A stretch of DNA of 54,762 bases, taken from assembly GCA_050261575.1 (NCBI GenBank), contig JBLNDL010000063.1:1-54762 (forward strand), given 5' to 3'. How positions within the stretch are numbered: the first letter of the stretch is position 1; every line of letters begins with the position of its first letter. This DNA is from Sphingomonadaceae bacterium. Lineage in GTDB: Bacteria; Chloroflexota; UBA6077. Shown piece by piece: positions 11,752 through 23,591 of the stretch. Both the position numbers and the translations under genes were made by a program. The notes below the pieces were generated by a model. That model searched no databases, was not told where the DNA came from, and saw only the letters and a program-made list of their open reading frames with translations.

Positions 11752-12414
11752 TCAGAGGATGCCGAAATCCCGAAATACCTGCTGGATGCTGGCTCCCCGG
11801 CTCAGCAGCTCCCGCACCTTGTTCTCCCCCGTGACCTTCTCCATCGCTTGCGCGATCACCTCGTCCTCGATGGCCTGGGGGATGGCCAGGCAGCCATCCT
11901 GATCGGCGAAGACCAGGTCCCCATCGTGAACGATCACGCCGCCCACCTCGATCGGCTGGCGTATGGAGATGATGTCGCAACGTCCCTTGGAGTCGGCCGG
12001 GGTCAGGCCGGTGGCGAAGACCGGGAACTTCATGGCGATGATGCCCCAGGCGTCCCTCGTCAGGCCGTCGATGATGGCTCCGCGGCCTCCCTTGGCGCGG
12101 GTGTGGGTGCTCAGCAGCTCTCCCCACACGGAAGAGGTTTTGGGGCCCTGCATGGTGCACAGCACCACCTCGCCGGGCTTCAGATCGTCCAGCAGCGCCA
12201 GCTCCAGCTTGTAGGGTTCTGCCGGGATCGTGTATGCCTGGACTCCCAACATCGTGGCAGCTCTGCCCACGATCTTGGCCTCCGGATACAGTGGGCGGAT
12301 GTCGTAGCGCATCACCTGGTTGCGATAGCCCATGTCATCCATGGTGTCGGCCAGGACGGCGGTGTACAACTTCTCTTCGATCTGGTCGTAGTAGCGTTGA
12401 CCGAACTTCTCCAC
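11752..12414 (-). CDS. RraA family / HMG-CHA aldolase-like protein
   Basis: WGELLS, GAIIDGLTRD, GDLVFADQDG. Confidence 0.9.
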   Translation of the reverse strand: MEKFGQRYYDQIEEKLYTAVLADTMDDMGYRNQVMRYDIRPLYPEAKIVGRAATMLGVQAYTIPAEPYKLELALLDDLKPGEVVLCTMQGPKTSSVWGELLSTHTRAKGGRGAIIDGLTRDAWGIIAMKFPVFATGLTPADSKGRCDIISIRQPIEVGGVIVHDGDLVFADQDGCLAIPQAIEDEVIAQAMEKVTGENKVRELLSRGASIQQVFRDFGIL

Positions 12415-12955
12415 CCTCTACTCCTTTCCTGCCCCGCGCCGTGCTGGCTGGGACGATGTTCATTCTAGGTGCAACCTGCCGCTGAGGCAACAGTTGACCG
12501 GCAACGGCGAACCTGATACGCTCTCCGCGACTTCTTCGCATCCGTACGAGGACGAAGCGCCCTGCGTTTGTGCGAGGGCCGCACGGAGCCCCCTCTGCCC
12601 CGGCGGTGAGTCAGCCTTCTTACGCGCCGATCCAGGGAGGTCCCAGCAGCAGACGATGCAGCCATCCGGACGGGCCGTAAACAGTAGCGCGCGTCCCAGT
12701 TGGCCGGCGGCTCGGCCGGGTGGTGTTGCCCGATGGCGCCGAGCGGAGCATGGTCGTGCATGCGTTCGTTCAGGCCCACAAGGCAGCGTTCACCCTCGCG
12801 CTTCACGCGGGCTGCAACCGGTGTTTCCCTCCCGCGCTCCTCCCATCGCCGTTCCAAGCTGACTGTAGAACCGGTACTTGCCACTGGAGAGCCAACGGTA
12901 CCCCATTCTGCTGGCATCCGCAGCGGTTGCCAGTACGATCCTGAGGAGGTTTTCT

Positions 12956-14044
12956 GTGAAGCACTCGATGACTCGTCGCGACTTCATGCGCCTGCTCGCT
13001 CTGGGATCTGGAGGGGTTATCCTGGCGGGTTGTGGCCAGGGGGCGCCCGCGCCCGCGGCGACCAAAGCACCGGCCGCGCCCGCGGCAACCTCGGCGCCCG
13101 CCGCGCCTGCTGCTGCCACGGCGGCTCCTGCGGCCCCTGCTGCGGCGGCCTTCAAGCCGACGCGACCTGTCACCCTGATCTGCCCCTGGGCAGCGGGTGG
13201 AGGCACCGACCGAGTTGCCCGCATGGTGGGCACCTTGCTGGAGAAGGAGTTCGGTCAGCCCGTCAACGTGGTCAACCGGACGGGCGGTGGCGGCGCCGTC
13301 GGCCACACGGCGGGATCCACGGCAGAACCGGACGGCTACACCTTCACCATCGTGACCGTCGAGATCGCCATGATGCATTGGATGGGGCTGGCGCAGGTGG
13401 GGCCCAAGGACTTCGTGCCCATCGCCCAGGTCAACTTCGATCCATCGGGCGTGCAGGTGAAGGCCGACGCCAAGTGGAACACCCTGAAGGAACTCCTGGA
13501 CGACGTGAAGGCCAATCCCGGCAAGTACAAGGCATCGGGCACGTCCAAGGGAGGCATCTGGGATTTGGCCAGGGCGGGGATGCTGAAGACCGCTGGAATC
13601 CCCGTGGACGCCATGCCGTGGGTGCCCTCGGAAGGTGCCGCACCGGGCCTCCAGGAGTTGGTGGCCGGTGGCGTATCCGTGGTTACCGCCAGCCTGCCGG
13701 AAGGCGCCTCCCTGATCGAGGCGAAGAAGGTCAAGGCCCTCGCCTTGATGGGCGAGAAGCGGGATCCCGCGTTTGCCGACGTCCCGACCCTGAAGGAGTT
13801 GGGCTTCGACTGGGTTATGGGCGCCTGGCGCGGCTTCGGCCTGCCCAAGGGGACCAAGCCCGAGATCGCCTCCGCCTACGAGGCTGCCATCAAGAAGGCA
13901 TACGACTCTGCGGAGTTCCAGGACTTCATGAAGAAGAACGGCTTCGGCCTCACGTGGCGCAACTCCAAGGAGTTCGGCGACTTCATGAACCAGCAGGACG
14001 ATACCATGGGCAAGATCATGAAGGACGTCGGCCTGATCAAGTAG
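12956..14044 (+). CDS. tctC: tripartite tricarboxylate transporter substrate-binding protein, Tat lipoprotein
   Basis: TRRDFM twin-arginine, LAGC lipobox, Ala/Pro linker, PWAAGGGTD, VPTLKE; GAGGAGG RBS. Confidence 0.92.
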   Translation: MKHSMTRRDFMRLLALGSGGVILAGCGQGAPAPAATKAPAAPAATSAPAAPAAATAAPAAPAAAAFKPTRPVTLICPWAAGGGTDRVARMVGTLLEKEFGQPVNVVNRTGGGGAVGHTAGSTAEPDGYTFTIVTVEIAMMHWMGLAQVGPKDFVPIAQVNFDPSGVQVKADAKWNTLKELLDDVKANPGKYKASGTSKGGIWDLARAGMLKTAGIPVDAMPWVPSEGAAPGLQELVAGGVSVVTASLPEGASLIEAKKVKALALMGEKRDPAFADVPTLKELGFDWVMGAWRGFGLPKGTKPEIASAYEAAIKKAYDSAEFQDFMKKNGFGLTWRNSKEFGDFMNQQDDTMGKIMKDVGLIK

Positions 14045-14081
14045 ATGGTTCGCAGGCTTTGTTAGGTAGGCGGTCCACGAT

Positions 14082-14528
14082 ATGAAACGGTCGGATGCTG
14101 TGCTCGGCGGCGCCGCGGTGCTCCTTGGCGCCGCCGTCTACCTCAACACCCTTGCATTCCCTACGATGCCCGACGGCGCGCCCGGGCCGGCCCTGTTTCC
14201 GCAGATCCTGTCGGCGTTGCTGATACTGTTCGGCGGTATCATCGTAGCCCAGTCCATCCGTCCCCACGTCCAGGAGGAGCGCCACTACGAGCCCAAGGCG
14301 ATCCTCAAAGCGGGCGGGGTGCTGGTGGCCATCGCCCTGTACGTGATGGTGGTGCAGAAGGTGGGTTTCCTGATCACCGCCGCCGCGATCCTGTTCGGGC
14401 TGATGATGATGCTCGGTGTGCGGGTGAGGGTGGGGTTACCCGCTTCGGTGGCCATCGCCCTGTTCTGTGTCCTGCTGTTCGAGAAGGTGCTGCGCGTACC
14501 TCTGCCGCCGGGCGTTCTGGGGGGCTGA
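14082..14528 (+). CDS. tctB: tripartite tricarboxylate transporter small membrane subunit
   Basis: PGPALFP, four TM segments, LRVPLPPG. Confidence 0.9.
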   Translation: MKRSDAVLGGAAVLLGAAVYLNTLAFPTMPDGAPGPALFPQILSALLILFGGIIVAQSIRPHVQEERHYEPKAILKAGGVLVAIALYVMVVQKVGFLITAAAILFGLMMMLGVRVRVGLPASVAIALFCVLLFEKVLRVPLPPGVLGG

Positions 14529-14531
14529 GTC

Positions 14532-16025
14532 ATGGATGCTGCCTTACGCGGTGTCACTCAACTGGCCGACCCTATGGTCATCCTCACCATCGTCCTCGGG
14601 TCGGCCATGGGCTTGCTGTTCGGGGCTATCCCCGGACTCACGGCCACCATGGCCGTGGCGCTCCTGGTCCCGTTCACCTTCTTCATGGACCCCCTGCCCG
14701 CCCTGGTGGCCATGGTCACGGTGTCGGCCATGGCCATCTTCGCGGGGGATATCCCAGCGGCCCTAGTGCGGATACCCGGAACGCCCTCCTCGGCGGCCTA
14801 CACCGACGAGTCCTACAAGCTCACGCAAAAGGGGAAGGGCGAGTTGGTGCTGGGGGTCGACGTGGTCGCCTCGGCTATCGGCGGGGTCTTCGGTGCCCTG
14901 GTGCTGATGGTGGCAGCCTCTCTACTGGCCGAGGTGGCCATGCAGTTCACCTCCTTCGAGTATTTCTGGCTTGCGGCCCTCGGGCTGTCGGCCACGGTGA
15001 TGGTCGCCTCGGAATCCCAGGCCAAGGCGGCCATCGCCATCATCCTCGGTCTGCTGCTCTCCACGGTGGGGCTGGACATCACCCTGGGCTATCCCAGGTT
15101 CACCTTCGGTGAGGTGGAGCTGCTCAACGGTCTCAACTTCATCCCCGCCATGATCGGCCTCTTCGGCGTGGCGGAGGTGATCCGCAACGTGCTGTCCGGC
15201 AGTTTCAACCTCCAGCCGATACGAGTGAGATCGGAGAGTATCTTCAAAGGGGTGGGGTCCACCTTGTGGCGGTACCGGGGTAATATGGTGCGGTCGGGCT
15301 TCCTCGGGACCGTCATAGGGGTCCTGCCTGGCGCCGGCGCCGACATCGCAGCCTGGCTGGCCTACGCCGTCTCGCGCCAACGCTCCAAGGAGAAGGAAAA
15401 GTACGGCACGGGCCACATCGAGCCGATAGTGGATGCGGGCACTGCCAACAACTCCTGCCTCGCCGCCGACTGGGTGCCCGCCCTGGTGTTCGGCATCCCG
15501 GGCGACTCCATCACGGCCATCGTGATCGGAGTGCTGTTCATGAAGGGGCTGAAGCCCGGCCCGCAGATCTTCGAGACTTCGCCGGAGCTAATCTACTCGG
15601 TGTACTTCTCCTTCATCCTGGCGAACGTCCTGATGATCTTCTTCGGCTATCTGGCAATCAAGGGATCGACCTACATCCTGAGGGTGCCGCGGAACGTCCT
15701 CCTGCCGGCCATTCTGCTGTTCTGCATCGTCGGTGCCTATGCCATCAACAACTCCCTGTTCGACGTGGGCCTGATGCTGGCCATGGGGCTGCTGGGGTAC
15801 TACCTCGAGCTGAACGGCGTGCCCGTGGCGCCGGTGGTGCTGGGAATGGTGCTGGGGCCGATCCTGGAGAAGAACTTCATGTTCAGCGTGATCAAGACCA
15901 ATTGGGACATGACCCTCTTCTTCAGTCGGCCCGTGGCGGCGGTGCTGGGTGCCATCACCATCGCCATCTGGCTGGTGCCGCTCTACCCGAAGCTGTTACG
16001 CAGAAGGAAAGGGGCGACGATGTAA
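14532..16025 (+). CDS. tctA: tripartite tricarboxylate transporter large membrane subunit
   Basis: GAIPGLTATMAVALLVP, RIPGTP, GIPGD. Confidence 0.95.
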   Translation: MDAALRGVTQLADPMVILTIVLGSAMGLLFGAIPGLTATMAVALLVPFTFFMDPLPALVAMVTVSAMAIFAGDIPAALVRIPGTPSSAAYTDESYKLTQKGKGELVLGVDVVASAIGGVFGALVLMVAASLLAEVAMQFTSFEYFWLAALGLSATVMVASESQAKAAIAIILGLLLSTVGLDITLGYPRFTFGEVELLNGLNFIPAMIGLFGVAEVIRNVLSGSFNLQPIRVRSESIFKGVGSTLWRYRGNMVRSGFLGTVIGVLPGAGADIAAWLAYAVSRQRSKEKEKYGTGHIEPIVDAGTANNSCLAADWVPALVFGIPGDSITAIVIGVLFMKGLKPGPQIFETSPELIYSVYFSFILANVLMIFFGYLAIKGSTYILRVPRNVLLPAILLFCIVGAYAINNSLFDVGLMLAMGLLGYYLELNGVPVAPVVLGMVLGPILEKNFMFSVIKTNWDMTLFFSRPVAAVLGAITIAIWLVPLYPKLLRRRKGATM

Positions 16026-16272
16026 GCTGCTCTTCTCCCGGAGGGCGAGGCTTTCTCCTCGTCGCGCTGGGCCGCAAGCGAAGGGTCTCCACGTGGCAAT
16101 TGGTGCGCCCCCACGCGGAGATGCTGAGCGTAGCGAGGCATCGCAGGTGTAGCGGGTCTTGCGCACCCCAGCGGGACCGCGGCGAGGGTCACGCGATGCT
16201 CGGCACGACGGTCTGGGCGACTTCGAGAAAGCCTTGCTCCTCCTGGGGGAGGGAGTCCCCTTGTCCCCAGTG

Positions 16273-16785
16273 TCAGGGCACCACCTGATTCTCGAAGCGG
16301 CCGCGGTAGTGGGCTCGCCCCTTGCACTCCTCGAAGATGAACTGGCAGATGGCGGTGCCCGGGTAGATGGCTAGAGGAACCGGACCCACGTTGATCATCT
16401 CCAGCACCTGTTTGTTGGAGATACCCGGCTGCATGAAGCCGGCCGTCATGTGCACCATGAGCCCCACCCGGGCGAAGCGGCTCCGCCCCTCCAGCCATCC
16501 GCAGATGTTGTCCGGCAGGGTTATCCTCTCCAGGGTGATCCCGTGGACGGCCTGGCCGGGCATCAGCAGGAGGTGGTCGTCCACCTCGATCAGCTCGGTG
16601 ACGTCCTCGAAGCTGGCGTCCTCGGTGACGGGGTGGATGTGCGGCAGGGCGCGGAAGACGCGGAACTTGTTGTCCAGGTGGAGGTCCACCGAGGCCGGCC
16701 CAACCTGATCCTCGGAGAAGGGCTCTATCCTGATCTCGCCTTCCCGGATCAGCCGGAGGATCTCGTCGCGGGTTAGCACTGCCAT
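16273..16785 (-). CDS. dcd: dCTP deaminase
   Basis: QVGPASVDLHL, GRSRFARVGL, TAGFMQPG, ICQFIF. Confidence 0.9.
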   Translation of the reverse strand: MAVLTRDEILRLIREGEIRIEPFSEDQVGPASVDLHLDNKFRVFRALPHIHPVTEDASFEDVTELIEVDDHLLLMPGQAVHGITLERITLPDNICGWLEGRSRFARVGLMVHMTAGFMQPGISNKQVLEMINVGPVPLAIYPGTAICQFIFEECKGRAHYRGRFENQVVP

Positions 16786-16909
16786 CTCTACCTCTGAAAG
16801 CGCCCAACAGGCCAGATCCGCGGGCGTGCGCCGAACCCCGCCACGCGATTGCGAAAGCATCCCTCCACGTCGATCGGCGCACGCCCGCGGGCCTGTTGGG
16901 CTGTCTCGA

Positions 16910-17599
16910 TCACGCGGCCGCCGGCCGCTGCCGCCTACCAGCGATGGTCAGCAGGTTCTCCACGTAGACCACGCCGGCGGTGTACCAGGCGTCCCTTTCG
17001 GCGGCCTGCCGCTCCTCCACGTTGGTGACCTGGCCCTGGAGCCGGACGGTGCCCGCCACCGACTTCACGGTGATCTGAGTGGGATCGGCGATGCGGGCAT
17101 CGCTGTCCAGGGCTGCGCGCACGTCCTGCTCGATCTCCGCATCGGGGCGCCGCCTGTCTGCGGAGACGGTGAGCTCGTTGGAGACGTCCACGACTCCATC
17201 CGTCTGCCAGGCGTCCTCCTCCGCGGCCCGCCGTTCCGCCTCGCTGGAGACGGTCCCCGAGAGGCGGACGATCCCTTCGGCGACGTTGACCACCACGCTC
17301 CGGTCGTCAACCCGGGGATCACGTTCCAGGGCGGATGCCACGTCGGCGGCGACCTGTTCCGCCGGCCGCAGGATGTCGGGCTTCACCTGGAGTTCGTTTC
17401 TCACCTCGGTGACCCCTTTGATCCGCCAGGCATCCTCGGCTGCCACCAGCCTGTCGACGTGGCGCGCTACCGTTCCGGAGAGGGTGACTATCCCTCGCTG
17501 TACCCGAACCGAGATGCCCTCGGGCCGGAGACGGGAGTCGTGATTCAGGACTTCGAGGACCTCGCTGGCTATCCTCTGGTCGCTCTGGCTCTCGGGCAT
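16910..17599 (-). CDS. triple BON-domain protein
   Basis: Three repeats of GIVTLSGTV...AAEEDAW..GV..V.NEL; GGAGG upstream of ATG 17599. Confidence 0.92.
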   Translation of the reverse strand: MPESQSDQRIASEVLEVLNHDSRLRPEGISVRVQRGIVTLSGTVARHVDRLVAAEDAWRIKGVTEVRNELQVKPDILRPAEQVAADVASALERDPRVDDRSVVVNVAEGIVRLSGTVSSEAERRAAEEDAWQTDGVVDVSNELTVSADRRRPDAEIEQDVRAALDSDARIADPTQITVKSVAGTVRLQGQVTNVEERQAAERDAWYTAGVVYVENLLTIAGRRQRPAAA

Positions 17600-17698
17600 T
17601 GGTGAACGGCCCTCCGCAATAGAGCTCTCAGCCTTCAGCGATCCGCTTCCGACTCCTGCCCCGAGGCTGTCTGCGGATCGCAGCGCTGTAGCCACTCG

Positions 17699-17714
17699 AG
17701 CAACGAGTATGCCA
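17699..17714 (-). promoter_or_regulatory. sigma54 (-24/-12) promoter of the BON gene
   Basis: Minus strand TGGCATACTCGTTGCT. Confidence 0.8.
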
Positions 17715-17942
17715 CCGGCGAACGGCGGGGAACGATCCAACGATCGGCCCGTTCCCAGCCGTCGAACGGCTGGCCGTCCACTCGCCCGAGTGGGGTGGCG
17801 GGGAACGCAGCCATCGGCCTTTCCGTGGGTGTGCTTGGCGGGCGAGCGGATGCCCCCTCGCAAGCTGTCTGAATGGGAGACGATTCGGTCGCCGGACCAC
17901 ATCAACGTTGATGCATCGACTGTGCCAATGGGCAAACCGGGT

Positions 17943-17958
17943 GGGCATCGATCGTGCG
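17943..17958 (+). promoter_or_regulatory. possible distal sigma54 promoter of the rRNA operon
   Basis: GGGCATCGATCGTGCG, GG-N10-GC. Confidence 0.45.
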
Positions 17959-18018
17959 GTGCCTGCCCGGTCCGTGAGAAGGGGCACTGGCCCCGGGGGC
18001 ATCCCGAGGCGGAACCCC

Positions 18019-18034
18019 TGGCACGGTCCCTGCT
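18019..18034 (+). promoter_or_regulatory. sigma54 promoter P1 of the rRNA operon
   Basis: TGGCACGGTCCCTGCT. Confidence 0.75.
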
Positions 18035-18111
18035 TAAGTCAGAGGTCTTTCCGGCCGATGGGTCGGAGGGGCGGTTCCTCCAGAGAAGGGGGGACGGGGC
18101 AGGGGTTCCGG

Positions 18112-18127
18112 TGGCACCGATCGTGCA
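18112..18127 (+). promoter_or_regulatory. sigma54 promoter P2 of the rRNA operon
   Basis: TGGCACCGATCGTGCA; predicted +1 near 18138, just ahead of the leader hairpin and boxA-like GAACCTTAACAG. Confidence 0.75.
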
Positions 18128-18220
18128 CTTGACATAACCGGTCAGGGTCGCGAGGGGCGACCGGCGCGAACCTTAACAGCCGAACAGTGGTGAGAGGGTG
18201 TGGCGCCTCGAAGAGAGGCT

Positions 18221-19823
18221 TTTCCGGTGGGTTTGATCCTGGCCCAGGACGAACGCTGGCGGCGTGCCTAGTACATGCGAGTCGTACGGGCCGGCGAAAG
18301 CTGGCCAGTGGCAGACGCTCGAGTAACACGTGGGCAACCTACCCCCAAGCGGCGGACATTCGGCCGAAAGGCCGGTAAATCCGCCATGTGGTCGCCTGGC
18401 ACTAGGCCTGGCGGCTAAAGCCGATGAGGCGTTTGGGGAGGGACCCGCGGCCCATCAGGTCGTTGGTGGGGTAACGGCCCACCAAGCCGATGACGGGTAG
18501 CTGGTCTGAGAGGACGGCCAGCCTTGCGGGGACTGAGACAGGGCCCCGACTCCTACGGGAGGCAGCAGTATGGGATCTTGCGCAATGGGCGAAAGCCTGA
18601 CGCAGCGACGCCGCGTGGAGGAAGAAGGCCTTCGGGTCGTAAACTCCTTTTGCCGGGGAAGAAGGCCCGATACCAGCGCTCGAGAGCGGGCCATTAGCGT
18701 CCGAAGCTGATGGCCGGAGCGATGGTTCACGTCGGGCTTGACGGTACCCGGCGAATAAGCCCCGACCAACTACGTGTCAGCAGTCGCGGCAATACGTGGG
18801 GGGCGAGCGTTGTCCGGATTCATTGGGCGTAAAGAGCGCGTAGGTGGTGGCACCCGTCGGCCGTGAAAGCCCTCGGCTCAACCGAGGAAGGGCGGCCGAT
18901 ACCGTGTCGCTTGGAGGACGGCAGGGGGAGGCGGAACTCCCGGTGGAGCGGTAATATGCGTTGATATCGGGAAGAACCTCAGTGGCGAAGGCGGCCTCCT
19001 AGACCGTTCCTGACGCTGAGGCGCGAAGGCGTGGGGAGCGAGCGGGATTAGGAAACCCCGTTAGTCCACGCAGTAAACGATGGGCACTAGGTCCGGGGGG
19101 CATTGACCCCTTCCGGGTCGAAGCTAACGCGTTAAGTGCCCCGCCTGGGGACATACGGCCGCAAGGCTGAAACCCAAAGGAATTGACGAAGACCCACACA
19201 AGCGGCGGAGCACGTGGTTTAATCCGAATCGGACCGTAGAACCTTACCAGGGCTGGATGTCGGGAGTAGGAACCGGAAACGGGGACGACCCGTAAAGGCG
19301 GGGACCGGCACAGGGCTGAATGGCTGTTGTCAGTTCGTGTCGTGAGACGTTGGGCTCAGCCCCACAACGAGCGAAACCCTCGCTGCTAGTTAGCCGTCGT
19401 CAAACGGCTTCTCTAGCGGGACCGCCGGGTAACCGGGAGGAAGGAGGGGATGACTTCCAGTCGGCATGGCCTTGATGCCCTGGGCCTCACACGTGCTACA
19501 ATGGCCGGTACAAAGGGCTGCCAAGCCGCGAGGCGGAGCTAAACCCAAAAAGCCGGCCTCAGTTGGGATTGCAGGCTGCAACTCGCCTGCATGAACGTGG
19601 AGCCGCTAGTAACCGCCGGTCAGCGAAACGGCGGTGAATGTGTCCCTGGGTCTCGCACACCTAGTCCGCCGTGTCCTGGGTGCCTTCCCGCGCCGAAGCC
19701 CCGCTTGCCCCCACTGTCTGAGTGGACCATGGGGACGGCAGGGCGAGGGCGGGACAGGTGACCGAGGACACGGGCGTAGCAAGGTGGTCGTACCGGAAGG
19801 TGCGGCGGAAATCTGCCTTTTCC
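18221..19823 (+). rRNA. rrs: 16S rRNA, highly divergent variant
   Basis: Colinear 16S landmarks (TTTGATCCTGGC, ACTCCTACGGGAGGCAGCAG, 530 loop, AAAGGAATTGAC, h45 GGAA loop) with many substitutions at invariant sites; ends approximate. Confidence 0.95.
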
Positions 19824-19988
19824 GGCAGAACGGCCGGGTCGATCCCCGGCGTTCCGTCCGGACAGTCTCGAAGCCTCTGATGCAGTCTCTCCAAGAGGCG
19901 CTCCACCCTCTCACCATTGTCGGCCGAGGGGTCGCATGTCCAGCACCTTTACAACCAGATAGCTTTCATTCCGCTCACGAGTCAGCAG

Positions 19989-23017
<3,029 letters not shown>

Positions 23018-23087
23018 TGGTGCTCGGCGGCAATGGAAGCTATCTGGTTGGAAAGGTGACGGTACAGCGGCCCTTACACTCTTTGCT

Positions 23088-23126
23088 CAGGGGCGCCACC
23101 TGCGTTAGAGGCTGGTGGCGCCCCTG
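23088..23126 (+). terminator. 13-bp stem hairpin after 23S, no U-tract
   Basis: CAGGGGCGCCACC / GGTGGCGCCCCTG. Confidence 0.5.
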
Positions 23127-23154
23127 CGTCTGTCGAGCGGCGGAGGAGAGCAGA

Positions 23155-23445
23155 ATGGCCATGCGACTCTACGTCGGGAACCTCCCCGACGACGTGAAGG
23201 ACGAGGACCTCATTGCCCTGTTCGGGCAGGCGGGCACCGTGCAGTCGGCTGAGGTGGTCCGCCAGACCACCGGACAGTCCGCCGGATACGGTTTCGTCGA
23301 GATGGCATCCGACACCGAGGCCGAGGATGCCATCCGGGCCTTCAACGGCTACATGTTGGACGGCAACGAGATCGAGGTGAGGGTCGCGACTCCGGAGGGG
23401 ATCGGCTATCCCCCCAGCTACGGGGGGCTCACCTCGGAGGGGTGA
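23155..23445 (+). CDS. RRM (RNP-1/RNP-2) RNA-binding protein
   Basis: RNP2 LYVGNL, RNP1 AGYGFVEM, AIRAFNG; GGAGGAG RBS. Confidence 0.95.
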   Translation: MAMRLYVGNLPDDVKDEDLIALFGQAGTVQSAEVVRQTTGQSAGYGFVEMASDTEAEDAIRAFNGYMLDGNEIEVRVATPEGIGYPPSYGGLTSEG

Positions 23446-23591
23446 GCCGAGGCCGTAGCGGCCGACACGGCGAAGGCGATACGCACCGTCGCGCCGATCG
23501 ATTCGACCGTCATGCTACGCTCAGCATCTCCTCGACGCGGAGATCCTTCGCTGTCTCTCGAGGATGGCCAGTGGCGATCTTGCAGGCCACG

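Noticed and set aside
18129..18134. TTGACA as an rrn sigma70 -35 box
   Set aside because: No -10 element 16-18 nt downstream (GCGAGGGG); it lies inside the sigma54 P2 melting region
19824..19988. tRNA in the 16S-23S spacer
   Set aside because: No T-loop or cloverleaf; the spacer is explained by processing arms and a small hairpin
23020..23060. 5S rRNA remnant (CTCGGCGGCAATGG)
   Set aside because: No CCGAAC or other 5S motifs; the stretch is the right arm of the 23S processing stem
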